A DNA stretch of 64,000 bases from Klebsormidium nitens. Its lineage: Eukaryota > Plantae > Klebsormidiophyceae. This document shows, in pieces, positions 48,901 to 61,600 of the stretch. Under the pieces are notes generated by a model that was given only the letters and a program-made list of their open reading frames with translations, was not told where the DNA came from and searched no databases. The DNA lies in assembly GCA_000708835.1 (NCBI GenBank), contig DF237125.1, positions 62,001 through 126,000 of the forward strand, read 5' to 3'. Made by a program: the position numbers and the translations under genes. How positions within the stretch are numbered: the first letter of the stretch is position 1; each line of letters starts with the position of its first letter.

Positions 48901-51900
48901 CAACGCACATGGGACTCCTGTTGCGTTGAAGTTACAAAGGGAACAAGTGGGAACGATCACGAGTATTCGGGCGAAAGCACAACGGATCTCAGCTTGATAC
49001 CCTGCACTTATTTCTTCATCTTAGTTTTGAACTGTCATTTTTAACCTGTACTTTTTCCGGCAGGCTCTCGAGGTGGCACTGCAATGGCTGTACTGCATGT
49101 ACGCGCTGTACCAGCTCCAGCAAGAAGAAGGCGCTGACGTCATGGACGAGGACGGCGCTGACGTCATGGACGAGGACGGAGTGGGCGCGAAAGCGTTGGC
49201 GGTGCTCGACGACGGGCGGGAAGCGCCGGAGGCTTACCAGGCGTTGCTGCTTTTGCTGGTAAGTTTGGGATTTATGTTTGAGCAAATTTTCGTCTCGCCA
49301 TTGCGCAACTGTGATTTGACCACCCTTGGTGGAACTTTGATGTTTTACGCGTTGGTATACCCACAGTATGATGTCAACGGCTGGTTTGCGCCTGCCTTCG
49401 GCAGTCTACCAACCTCGTCTGAGCCTTTCACGCAGCACAAAATCGGTTTGCTCGGTCGAGAGAGGGCTGCTGGCGGATGCTCTTTTTGTTCCTTCGGAAA
49501 TGGAGCAGCTACTCCGCAGTTTTTAATCTTAGTTCCAAACGGCTGTCTTTCCAAGGAGCTGCTTCTGTGCGCTTTTGCTGTAACAGCAGGGGTACGTTTA
49601 GTTGCCGCCGAGCCGCCTTAGCAAAGGCCGACAAGGTGAAGGGGCTTGAAAGCCACGGTCGAGTCTCTGATGTGTCTAGGCTGCATCAGATTGTTTCACG
49701 AATAGTATTTATCTCAATTGTCTCATTCGATTGGCCCTCGAGATGGCTCAAACGAGGTGCGAGGGCTATCTTGTATATTGACCTCTGTAAGAATTTGTGC
49801 TTCTTCGTGATGGCGAATAACAAGATGGGCCGTGAGAGTAGATTATCTCGTCCAAGACAAGAGAGTAGTTTTTATGAAATAGCATACGTGATGCTGGGAA
49901 GATCCAGTTTCTTCTATAGTGCGGCACCTGTGCCTGCTGTCCTGCGTTGCTCAACGCACGATTCGAACGGAAAGTCGGTCATCTCTCAGCAGCGTGCATG
50001 AAGTGCCGCCGAATGATAGCCCCCAACGTAGTTATCGCAACTTAAGCTAAGCTACCTCACCAGTTTGTTCAGACTTGCGGACGGAGCATAGACGCTAAGT
50101 TGCAGGCAAATTAGATGATTCTCAAATGAGTATGTAAGAGCGTATGATGTCCGCTTGATTTGGAATGCAAGGCGTTGCTCACGCGTCGACACTCGCGGGT
50201 TTCTGCCTTTTTCGCCGTCGCTTGGGTAGCTTGCCAGTGCGTTAAATGGCGACTAAAGCTTTCAAGCTCTGGTAGATTTCTGAAATGGGTATATGCAGAA
50301 CGATCTCGCTTTCACGAGCACGAGCACAGCTAGCCGTTTCGTTGAACCTTCATACGGCTTGCTGTTCCGTGAATGGCAGAAAATGTTCCTGTTTGAAAGC
50401 TACGGTACGGAGCCTGACAAGACGCGGCATTCCTGAAACAAAGATGGGCGCTCGTCTGCCAACTCAAATTTGAGGATTACGTTCAGCTCAGTCGCTGATC
50501 TGATCCCATGAGCCTGTTAGAGAGCGCTTTGGCTCAAAATGTGGTCTGAAAACGACTGTTCTCTGGTTTGGACGACCTACTCTGGGCCATCTGCTGACCT
50601 CGCGCTCTATTCATTCGCAACATCAAGTGTCGTTCCAGTAGAGGACCTGTGAATTCTCAGGGCCCCTTTCAAATTTTTGGCACGTCTTTTCGAAATATTT
50701 CCCGTGAAATTTGGCCCAGCATCTTGAATGTGCTTTGGCCCTGAAAGACCTCAACGATCCACGACGCATCCGCCTTAGACCCTTAAGACCTAAGCTGTCG
50801 CCCTTCCTTTTCCAGGCCCGGGCGGCTGCTTCCCGCCTCCCCTCCTCCGACCGCTCTTTCCAGCGACTGCTCTGCGACGCGCCCGCTCTCCCCCCCTCCA
50901 TCCTGGCACTTCTGCAGTCCATGCTGTTACCCCCCCCTCCGGAAGCAGAGGACGGGACCCCCCCGGAAAGTGGGCTACGTGAAGGGGGGGCTGCCGGGTA
51001 CCTGGAACGCGTCACCCAGAGTCTCAGCGCGCTGTGGGCGCTCATTTTGCAGCGGCCGATGCTGCGGCATGAGTGCTTGGAGATCGCTCTGAAGGTGAGG
51101 GGCTCAGCAAAACTGGTACACGTATGTTCTGTTTCCCTCCCGATTGCTGGCGCAGTGTCAGTTCTAATCGTAGAGCGGCAGTTATCAGTGAAGAAGGGAC
51201 TCTTCAGTTGGTTCAGGCAATCGGGCTTTCTACAAGAGGTCAAGGCACATCTCGTGTGGATTGCACAGAGGCACTCCGTTACTGGAAGATACTGGAAGAT
51301 AGTGTTAAATTCACTGGACTGCGGCCAAGTGCCTCGCCCTTGACATCCAACTCTGCCTGCATTCCGCCAAGTCAACAACCAGCATCTGATGCGCATATCT
51401 TGTGCTGACGTCGAGTTGATGCCTTGTACTTCAGCCAAGCTCTGTTCTCCGATCAGTAATCAATCACAGCAATTGCCTTTTGCAGTGCACGTACGAGCAT
51501 CCGAATGAGGAGGTGCGAAACAAAGCCATCCGCTTGGTAAGCGTTGTTAACCTTAACGGCTGTTCACCCTTTTGGTTGACGGAGCAGATTGTCGTCGAGT
51601 AGCTCAAGCGACACGGCCCGTGTGTTACGAGCCATTGAGCTAAAGAAAATGCGGACCCTTGTCGCACACATCCGCTCACACGGCCCGCTTGCCTGTGGTT
51701 CCACTAGTGTCGCTCCACCAGCTTGGCGTCGAGTCGTTTCACTTTGACACAAGGAACCGCAGGAAGCGGTTTAAGGACGCACATCGTCACAACGCGCCCA
51801 TTCGACATCGAATTGCGCTTCCATCTTTGAACGTTCCGTTCCGTATTTGCGTCACTGGACTAAATGGAGTCTCGAGCCCAAGTTATCGGAACCCTTGTTC

Positions 51901-54900
51901 CAGGTGGCCAATAAGCTATACCCGCTGCCATACTGCCGAGACGCTATCCAGGCAACGGCCCGCGAACAGCTGGAAGAAGCGACGCAAGAAGAAGCCGCTC
52001 TCGAGGGGGTTTCGCAAGCGGCGGAAAAGGACGACGAAGAAGGGCGCGCGCGTTTAGAGCGCACGGAAAGCGGGCGGGAGGCGGGGACGTCGGCGGATGC
52101 GGCCAAGCAGAAGATGAGCCTCTTCTTCGGGCTCTGTTACAAGGTGGGTCGAAGCTTTTTGCCTTTGCGTTCAGAATCACAACCAAGTTCCATTCCCTTC
52201 CAACGGACAGGGCACGTTGCTTTTCTTTCGAGGCACTGGTATCAAAACCATTCAAAGAAGCGGAAGATCGGGACCGGCCATTGCAACTTTCTAATTCACG
52301 CTATTTGAAACGCTCAGCTGTACTCTTTGGATTCTCAAGGTCTTCAAATACTCTGGCGTTGAACTGTGAACACATCTGGAAGTACCTGGCTTGGGCGTGT
52401 CTAGCTTGGCAAACCTAAAAGGGACTGTCGCGGACTGTATCGAAGGACAGCTGTAACTGCAACGGCCGTGCGTCCCTTTTGCAGAGCCCCGAGTTGTTGC
52501 CCCAGCTGGTGGCTCGCTACGGGAAAGCCGGCAAGGGAGCGAAGCAGGTAAACACGACAGTCCGAGGTTCATTTGTCTGTTCTCATCCCTGTGCGTTGGA
52601 TGCTTCTTACCGTGATCCTGTAAACCGCCCGTCAGATCACTGGGATCGCTTGATGCTTGTCATGGTTTTGATGCACATTGCGTTTGTAGCTTGTTGCTGC
52701 TGCTGTCGTGTGCGCCGCTGTGGCTTTCCTGTCCAGTTTTGCACCGTCAATCCCCGCCAACATCCGGTCGTTCTTCACGCGTAAGCCAATCTTGATCCCC
52801 TTTCTGCTGATTAAAGAGAATCAGCAGCAATCTGGCCGCGCAAGTGCTGACGTCATGGGGTGTATGCAGGCAATCCTGCGGCAGATTCCGCTCTTGCTCA
52901 AGTCAGTAGGCCCTGCCTCCCCCCCGGTTCTGGCGATCCTGGAGGACCCCCCCGCCGGTGTGGAACCGCTGCTTCTCCAGGTAATAAAAGAGCGCCTTGC
53001 AAAAGTTCTAATTTCCAAACTTGGCGCTTCGACACTCGATGCTTTCCGTTTCGATCTTTCCACGCGACCTTCCATCTCTTTCAGCTCTGCCCAGAAACTT
53101 GCTTTTGGAAGTATGTGACGGTGAGACCTGATTGCTGTACCGCCCACTGATATGGGAGAAGTAGTCAAACAGTAGGTTGGAGCACTAGGAAATCAAAGGT
53201 AGTGCCTGGAAAAGTTTGAACCGCCCACGTGCATGAGCAATGTATTCGCGGGCTTAGCACAAGCAAGCTAGCCCTTGAGAACTGTTTTGCTCTTCTCTCC
53301 GCCTTAAATGATTTGATTGCGTGCGCTGCGTGCAGATTCTGAACGTGCTGACGGAGGGCGCGGCTCCGCCCGAGGAGCTCACCCAGCGCGTCAAGACGCT
53401 GTACCAAACCAAGCTCAAGGTGCGGCTTTACTCACCCCTTTCGTCTCGGAAGATCACTGACAAAATTGCTTGACGTTGAACGGTTTCTATGCTCATTTCT
53501 GAGTCACTCAAAAGTGCAATGGTAAGACGCCCCAGGTATGCCTTGCCTCGATCTTTCTTGAACCTGAGGCGATGTTGGTATCTTTGCGCAACGCTTTTTC
53601 AGCTGAAGACTTGCCCAGATTCTCTGCCCGCCTTTTGATATTTGTCTCGAATGAAGGTTGTGGGCGCAATCAAAACTTTCGTGCGAGCAAGCGCGTAACC
53701 CAAGCTGTGTCGTCGTCACACAAAGTCGTACCGCGTCTTTCTGTGCAGGATGCTCGCTTGCTGATTCCAATCCTCTCCTTCATGACCAAGGACGAGGTAA
53801 GCTCAGTTCGCTTCCGAGACTGATTGCGCTGGATTAAAACGGCTTACGCTGATGCGTCGCTCTTTTCAACTCCCGACGTGCGACTTGTTCGCGTTAACAA
53901 AGCTCTTGTCCTCTTTGAGGTGGGATACAAGAGCTCTTTTTCCTTTTTGATCTGCGACTAAATCCGACTAAAGTCTTCTATGCTGTTGTCCGCCCACCTT
54001 TGATTTCTGTAATTCAGGCGCATCAAGTTCGTTACTCGCGGGGCCTCTCTCTTCCTACCGATTACGATGACGGTGCACATTATGATTGCGAAGATTGCGG
54101 ATTATACTTGCGGAAGTCCTATGATGCTCAAATTTTATCCGCAGGCGCGATCCGTGTTCCCTGCCCTCGTAACACTACCCCTCCCGCAATTCAAGCTGGC
54201 CCTCAACCGCCTCCTCCAGGTGATTGAACACACCTTTCCCCATGTTGCACCCACCGCTCTAGTTCAATGTAGCACGGTGACCTTGGTACGTCGCGGCAGC
54301 TGAAGTAGACATTCGTTCATGGCCTCGACAAATTGTTCCAGTGCGCCGTTTCTTGCACTTTCATGTTGGGAGTTGCAAACGTGCTGGTGTCACATGGAAG
54401 ATTGTCTGCCAAAGCTATGGTTCTCAGATCCGGGCTTACTTGTGAAAGCCTGTAGAGACCCTTCGATTCCATTCTCTGTAATGTTGTTTCTTGCCTCCGT
54501 TGAAAAGGGTTTTGGAGCGCAAAAGAAGGCAGACTGGTTGCCGCGGAAGACACTTTCGTCGACGTCTCGATCTCCCTTGTCTTTCACTGGCTATCCCGAA
54601 GCGATACCAAGCGATCCCGCGCTTGATCTAGTCCCAATCTCTAAAGTAGGGCCATCAGACTTGAGTTTCGCAATCGTCATAGAGTTGTGCTCCGTACGTG
54701 TGCAGGGATCCGCTGCCACGGGCCCAGCGCTAACGCCCCCGGAGGTGCTTGTGGCCCTCCACGAGGTGGACCCGAAACGGGACGGCGTGCCGCTCAAAAA
54801 GGTGCGGTTCTTTTGCCGGATTCCTTCTGCCGCTGTAAACGGCTACGTGTCAGGTTTCGAAATTTCTGAACTTGTGACTGAGGTTAGGAAAGAGGAGCCT

Positions 54901-57184
54901 AGAATTGCTAGGAACTTTTGAGCCCCCAACTTCGGAGCAGAAATCACATGACAGAACTCGTTTTGATGGAAATCATGATGCTTCTTTGCTCGATTATGCG
55001 GCTGTGTCACTGAAAGCGAGTTTCTCCTGACTCCCTGGAGTTTCTTCTGACATCACGCGCTGCCTCGCAGGTGACCGACGCTTGCACCGCGTGCATGGCG
55101 CAGCGGACCATTTTCACGCCGCAGGTGCTGGCAACGACGCTCAACCAACTGGTGAGACAAGTCGTTTCGCTGTTGTCGATTGTTCAAAGAAACCGTTGTC
55201 GAGCTACTCGGGAGCATTCAGCAGTCGAGAAGTTTTCCGGTGAAAGCCCTTAATCCAAGAAAGAAATTTGAGAAATGCTGGAGTCGTCTGCTAATTGCGT
55301 CGCCGAAAGCGATCTTTCCTGAAGGGGCTCAAAGACTTGTTCTCTTGTTCGACAATCTGCTGCTTCCTTCCCATCCTTTGAGAACAGCACTTATCTTTAG
55401 ATGCTTACTGATGACGGGTTGTCTTACGGACCCTAGCATTGCAACGTACCCGCCCGTTGGTGCACTGCCATTGAGAAATTGAACATTGGCCAGCGTGTGT
55501 TCCCTTAACTTACTTGTTCAGACTGTAAAGAGTGTACCCTCCGCAACGCGGTCATACCGACTCACTCCGCCTCTTATTCCGCAAGGATCGATTGCAGACG
55601 ATTGCGACGCTCAAAGTTGCAGTGTTACCGTCCATTTTAACATAGCGACTTCCGTTCGCAAGATTTACCCTTTGATAATCGCCGGTTCTGGCAGGACGGT
55701 TTCGAACGGTTTCAAACCACCGATATACAACTTATCCAAAGCGTACACTGCTGGCTGGTCGAAACTTAGACGGCGGTTCTTGGTTGTCCCTCAGCCATTC
55801 TGTGATCTTTCATCCGCCCTTTCTCCAGGTCGAGCGCAGCCCTATCCCGCTGCTCTTCATGCGAACCGTCCTTCAAAGCGTCGGCGCGTCTCCCTCGCTG
55901 CGCCCCTTCGTAGTTGAGCTGCTGGGCCGACTAGTGCGGCGAGAAATCTGGAACATGCCGCAGCTGTGGGTGGGCTTTCTGAAAGCGGCGCACCACACCG
56001 TCCCCGACTCCCTCCCGGTCCTTCTTCAGGTGCGCCACGGGCTCTCGTTTCGAACAATTGTGGGGCTTCAGGTTTCAATCAGTTTCAGGGCTTGAGGGTT
56101 TGAAGAGGTTGACTTGGAAATGGTCCCGGGAAATGCCGTACCGCCCGCTATAATGACTGAGAAGTGTCTCGTTACACGCTTCGTTTGCATAAGGGGCGTC
56201 TCGAGTTCAAAGGTGTCAGGTTTACGGGCGGAAGCCGCTGAGTGTCGAATCATTCATGGACTTGGTCTCCAGGGTGTTGTTGAAGCGACTTTCTGTTGGC
56301 GGTACCACGGCGAGGCGCGTCGTCTTCGAATGCTGTCGGGGAGCTTTAGGGTTGATTGGCGGGGAGCATTACCGCCATTGCCGACCAGTATGGATCTGTC
56401 GCACGAAGGACATAACAATCCTCTCTCCTGCTAAGTATCGCCTGTGTACCAGCGAACAAACTCTGGGCCAGACCACTGACCACGCTCTCACTTTAGCCTG
56501 ACGCTTTCTTCTCTGCTCATACTTGCGAAACAGACGGCTAGAATACCGGATCGTGTCACGTCCATACGGTGAATTTATACCCGCTTTCAATCCTTGCTAC
56601 AGCTACCGGCCCGCCAAGTTGCGGAAGTGGTGGCGAAGAATCCGGACCTGAAGCCGCTGCTGGCGGCTCACGTCACGCATACGTCAGCAAGGACCGCCTT
56701 GCCCAGGTGAGGCGCTACGCCTTGCGGCTTGGACATCCAGTTTTGCTGCACGTTGTTTTGTTTCGTCGGTTTTACAACAAGTCTTTCCCAGCTGACGAAC
56801 ACCGCTTACTCACATTTTAATCGTGCTCGTCTTCGCATCGAGTGTCATTCACCGTTTGCAGCCGAGGGCCGGCTAAATCCCCGTGTCTGACGGCTTAAAC
56901 TTCCCACCACTTTTGAACTTTTGCGGGGCCCCAATAATCTTCATGTGACGTTAGAAAAGAGCCCGACATTCCAACTGCCGTTAGCGTACATGCTAGGCAA
57001 ATACCTCCAAACGGTTGTCCTCTTCACAAAAAAACGAACAGGCATAAACGGCATTTTGTCACTCCAAATCAAATTCTGCTAACCTTCAAAAGCCGGGTCT
57101 ATCAGAAGCAGAACCTGTGGCAAGCTTCCGTGCAGGTCTATCCTAGCGGTACTTGGACTCGCAAGCGAAGGCGGCCCGGCGTGA
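42932..57184 (+). CDS. Symplekin, scaffold of the mRNA 3'-end cleavage/polyadenylation complex; about 20 exons
   Basis: First exons 42932-43128, 43835-43991, 44508-44603; last exon 57136-57184. Motifs GVKFTEAVILLYTP, LTAIARQR, LPSSDRSFQRLLCDAPALP, LILQRP...CLEIALK, ALTPPEVLVALHEVDP, IPLLFMRTVLQ...FVVELLGRLVRREIWNMPQLWVGFLK, LPRSILAVLGL. Not every internal exon boundary was verified. Confidence 0.93.
49130..49177 (+). repeat. Exact 24-bp tandem duplication in a symplekin exon (GADVMDED x2)
   Basis: GGCGCTGACGTCATGGACGAGGAC occurs twice in frame. Confidence 0.9.
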
Positions 57185-58630
57185 CACCATTAAGTGGGCA
57201 CGAATTGTCCACCACCGTTTGGGGTGATCTGAAGACACGTGCCAAACCACGTGGTCGTCATGTTTCTCCAAAACGGTAAGAGGGCACGAGGTCGAGGACC
57301 AAGGAAAGAGTAATCAAGGACGAGGCGACAGGCAGTTGGTGTAGGGACATAGAGTGGGTACAAGGGCAAGATTACACAGCAAACGGACTCGACTGGACAG
57401 GCTGTTTTAAGTGCCTGTTCGGACCAAGTAGCATAATCACGGTCAATTTGCGTCCATTGAGCGCACTTATCTGGAATCCGTTCCTGATTTCTTGTTTTTG
57501 TTGCGGCACTGCAGCTTAATGAGTTTTTTGAGAGGCCCGGTTATCATCGGAACTGTTGGCTGCCTGCCAGGAGTCATTCGACGATCGTCTAATCCAGATC
57601 TGCGGCCGAACGCGGCGCGCAATCTGAGTTTGCTATATATCCGAACTTAGTAATAAGCTGTGTGATTGAGTCATGCCGATGAAGCTTTAGTGCAAGTACG
57701 CGTGCCAGCCCATTAAAGGGCCGGGCGGCCCGCCGCGCGCAGCGCCTGCCGTTTCGAACTTCGTTGGTTGAATAACTGACAAGTCCGATATGACTAGCAT
57801 GCAACAGTGCCGATGCTACACGTTGTTGCCGCCGGAGCAGATGGCATTAATGTAATTAATGCAATTGCACATGCACACTTGCGATCCGATCGAATTTGCA
57901 CCAGGCTTCGATTTCATCGCATGGGCCGCCGCCGCGGCGCCTTTTATGTGCACGTACTTTCAACCTGAATGTTATATCATGATCAAGCTATATTTTAGTA
58001 TTTTCTGCGTATACTAACCGTTCAATCTAAGGTATTCATGCACCAACGTACACAGCACATGCATAGTGTCTGGACTCATATTGTATTAAGAAAGATCATA
58101 TTTCTTGCGCACCGCGTCAGTACTGAAGAATGATTGCATGCAGATCAACGAACACAGCGCCAATTTCATGACTTGATCGAAATGCAGCTTCTCAGGAGTT
58201 CAAAGCTGGCCTAGGCTCTAGTAGCCTAGTAGCCTAGACGGTAGCCGGCCCGGGCCTTATTTGAGCTCACTGATCACGTACTAGATGGAGTGAACGGGCG
58301 CTGCGTAGCGCTGCGCTGTGCACGACGCTGCGCAACATCGAGGTACAGTGACATGTATGCATGGACGGCCGATTCCTTCCGACGGGAGTCTGCAAGCCTT
58401 TCGGTTGAATCAAGATCGTTTGCAAAGAATCCTATGACTCACGTTGAATACCCTCTTCCAAAACAAGGCTAGAGTTAGCCACTTCATACAGCCACTTCAT
58501 ACATCCAAAGATTACCGCCACCTGAAGCAATGCGTGTTTGAAGGACCTTAACTTGAACCTTGCCCTCTGATTAGCTCCTGAGTGTCATTGCACAAAAATC
58601 AAACACAAAGCTGGCAGAAACATTTCGTGA

Positions 58631-61600
58631 CTACTGCAACAGGCCTTGCTCACGCAGATTGTCGCAGAAGCGACGTCCAACTCGGGAGCCCTCCCGCACA
58701 AACGCAGCGGGAAAGCCCATCGGCGCTTCTACTTCTACAAAATCCCCTTTCCCCTCCGACAAAGTCGACTGGTGCCGTTTCCCCGACCAGACGTGCTGCC
58801 AAACCTCTCCCCCGGGCAGGTACACTTTGACCCGGGCAGTCCCGGGGTCTAGAACCGGGGCAAAAAGGATCTGGTCCCCGACCAAGAATTGCTCGTAAGT
58901 CAGCCGGTGAACGGTCGGGTCGTGCGGGTAGTGCAGAAACAGATGGCGCACAACGGGCAGGCCTGTCGAAGCGGCCTCCTGCGATAGAAATGGTGACGAT
59001 TTCAAAATTGGTTATGGTTCTATGCCAGCGAAGGCATGGATACTGCAGCGGAAAGGTGGGACAAACTGAGAGACGGCGAAACGAGCTTAAGGCATCCGAC
59101 TTGACTGGGTTTGTAACAAATCTACGCAGGGTGGGCTTTCCTCGAGCATGTCAATGCTTTGCCTGAGGACTAGGATAAATCAAACCGGATGATCAAGCAC
59201 TTCAATCAAGCCTGTAATCCGCTCTTAAAGCACGGACAGCGTGGATAAGCTGTATCACGACCGCAAGAGGCGCTCGCCCTTTCAAAGAAGATAGGAACTA
59301 CTGTAGACAACCCACTGCGCAAAGCAGAATCCCTGTCCATAAGAAAGGTATCGCAAACTTACCTGCATAAGGTCCTGGCGGTAAAAGTCCCACGCGGCGT
59401 ACACGCGCGCCATCCGCCCAAAGTGCGCGAGCGCGCGCGCGTTGGAGTAGGCCTGCGCGCCGGCGTGCGGCAAATTGCCCTCGTGCGTGCGGAAGACCGT
59501 AGTAAAAGCCGCCAGCTCCATCCACCGCAGCAGAAGTTCCTCGCTCCTAGTTACGCCCAGCGGCCCGGGGAGGGCTACCGAGCAGTAGCCACCGATATCG
59601 CCGTGGTTCAGGCTGAACCCGGACAGACCTGAAATGTTTTTAAGGAGGTTTAAGGTGGGCACGGGTTCTTGGCGTGTTCATGTTTGAATTCAATATTCAG
59701 TGTCAGCTTGGCTCTTATTGTCACTTAACCTCGGAGTGATAAGGGTGAGATTTGCACTTTCTAGCGTGTTTGAGGGCCTTCATTTGGAGAAGCAAGGGCA
59801 GTCTGGCTGAGCAGCAAAGAGGCTTGTTCGAAAAGCGATTAGCGCGGGGGCAGCTGAGCAACGCGTGCACGATCTTTTCTTAGCAAACTCTTCCACAAAT
59901 GTCACCGTAACAATCACAGCGCTCGCTTTTAAAACTGCAACAAGTTCGCTTAGATTTTTCAGGTTCCCCTCTTCAAAAGTCAAAGGGTCGAGCTTGCAAG
60001 CATCGAGCGAAAGTGGAAGTACCAGCTAATGGACAAATGAACTCCAAAAAAGCACTGCTGCTTTCTCTCACCTCCGGAGAGCAGTCCCGTGACGGCGCTC
60101 TTGATGCCGTCGTGTCGCTGCCAGCTGGTCATCTGGTCCCCCAGCCAAAACAGGGACGCCGCGCCCGGGCTGCCCCGGTACCCCGCGCGCATGAAAAAGA
60201 CCGGCCGCGCAGCGTCTAGTTCCTCGTTGTCTCGCTCCAATGCGTCCGCGTCTAGTTCTCCGTCTGTTGCTGGCAAAGGACTCTCAGTCTCGGTTTCAAA
60301 GCCTTCTTCGTCTGCTACTAATTCTCCGTCTGATTCCGACAAACGACTCTCCTTCTCGATATGTTTTGTCGAAGTAATTCCTACCCGAACATCGTTCACC
60401 GACTCCAGCAGACCCGCCTCAGAACTTTGACTGGACTGCGCGACAAAAGCAGGAACCTGCGGGCTTTCTGCCTCAAACACGTCTTCCAATAAAAACGGCT
60501 CGACGGTCTCTTCCGCATCCGGCGTATCGAGCAAAGCAAACGCGCCGGGGCTTTGGGAGGGCGACCAATCAGCACCTCCCTCCTCGAGCTGGTCGCCGCA
60601 GTCGTCGCTCGGCAGACTCGCCCAACTACTGCTGCAGCTGGCAGCGCCGCAGAAGGACGACAAGCTCTGCCGGGGGGATCCCCTCAGAGGCGTCCCGGTT
60701 GGTTGCTCCGGGTCGGGAAGGAGGAGCTTCTTCAAGGCAGCGGAATGAGCGGGTGAAAGTGTCCGGGGGAGTGATAACCGGGCGTAAGAACGCTCGGCCT
60801 CGACCTCGTCCGCGACTTCTTGGTTGAGCCGGGCCCACATCTCGGGGTACCTGAAGAGAGAAGGCCCAAGCAGGTGTCGGAAAACCAGCCGTTACTCCGT
60901 TACTCCGCAAACCGAGCTCAGGGGATTCGTCGTACTAATAAAGGCGATGATTAATCCAGAAGAACGTGGAGAGGGGCTGTCCGCTCTGCAGTACGAAAAG
61001 CAGACGAGCAGAAAGAACGTGGAACTTGGCAAAGAATGACATCCGGTAACGTAAAGTTCAAGGCGAAGTATGCGAAATCTACTCAATGGAAGCTTTTGGA
61101 GGAAACTGCTTGTGACACTGGTCTTAAGGCAGCTTGCTGGAGGGCTGGACAAAGAAAGAGTTCTTCTGAAGGGAGACCTACGCTACGAGGGCCTTAAGCT
61201 ACGTTGGTTTGTTCTTTCATGATTGTGCAGATTGAGAAGAGAGATTGGCTGAGCTTTGAGCAGCTGATAACCTGTTCAAGCGCCAACTATGTCAGGTGTA
61301 TGTCAGCCGAATGTGGGCAAGCCAGATTTTGAACAAGTAGCGTACCTGTTGTGAACGACGGCGGGATTTTCGCCTGAGTGAAGGACGGAGTCGAAGGGCA
61401 GCGACTCGCCGAAGTCGGCCATCCAGCCGTCGATGCCGAGGCGCACCATCTCCTGCCAAGGGAGCTTCTCATTGAAAATTATTCGTAACAGAATAGAAGA
61501 GCAGAGGAGAAGCAGCCAATTGTGGAATCAATCCAAAGTCAATGCGATCTTTGAATCCAAAAGAGGAAATAGCAACTAGGAAAAGGATTGAAGCAACAAA

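Noticed and set aside
49590-49640. Possible extra symplekin exon inside the ~1.55 kb intron 49259-50815
   Set aside because: Flanking exons join in phase 0 to give the expected YQALLLLL-ARAAASRLPSSDRSF, and no phase-compatible open path through this segment was found.
50623-51438. 271-aa minus-strand ORF
   Set aside because: Antisense to a symplekin exon and flanking introns.
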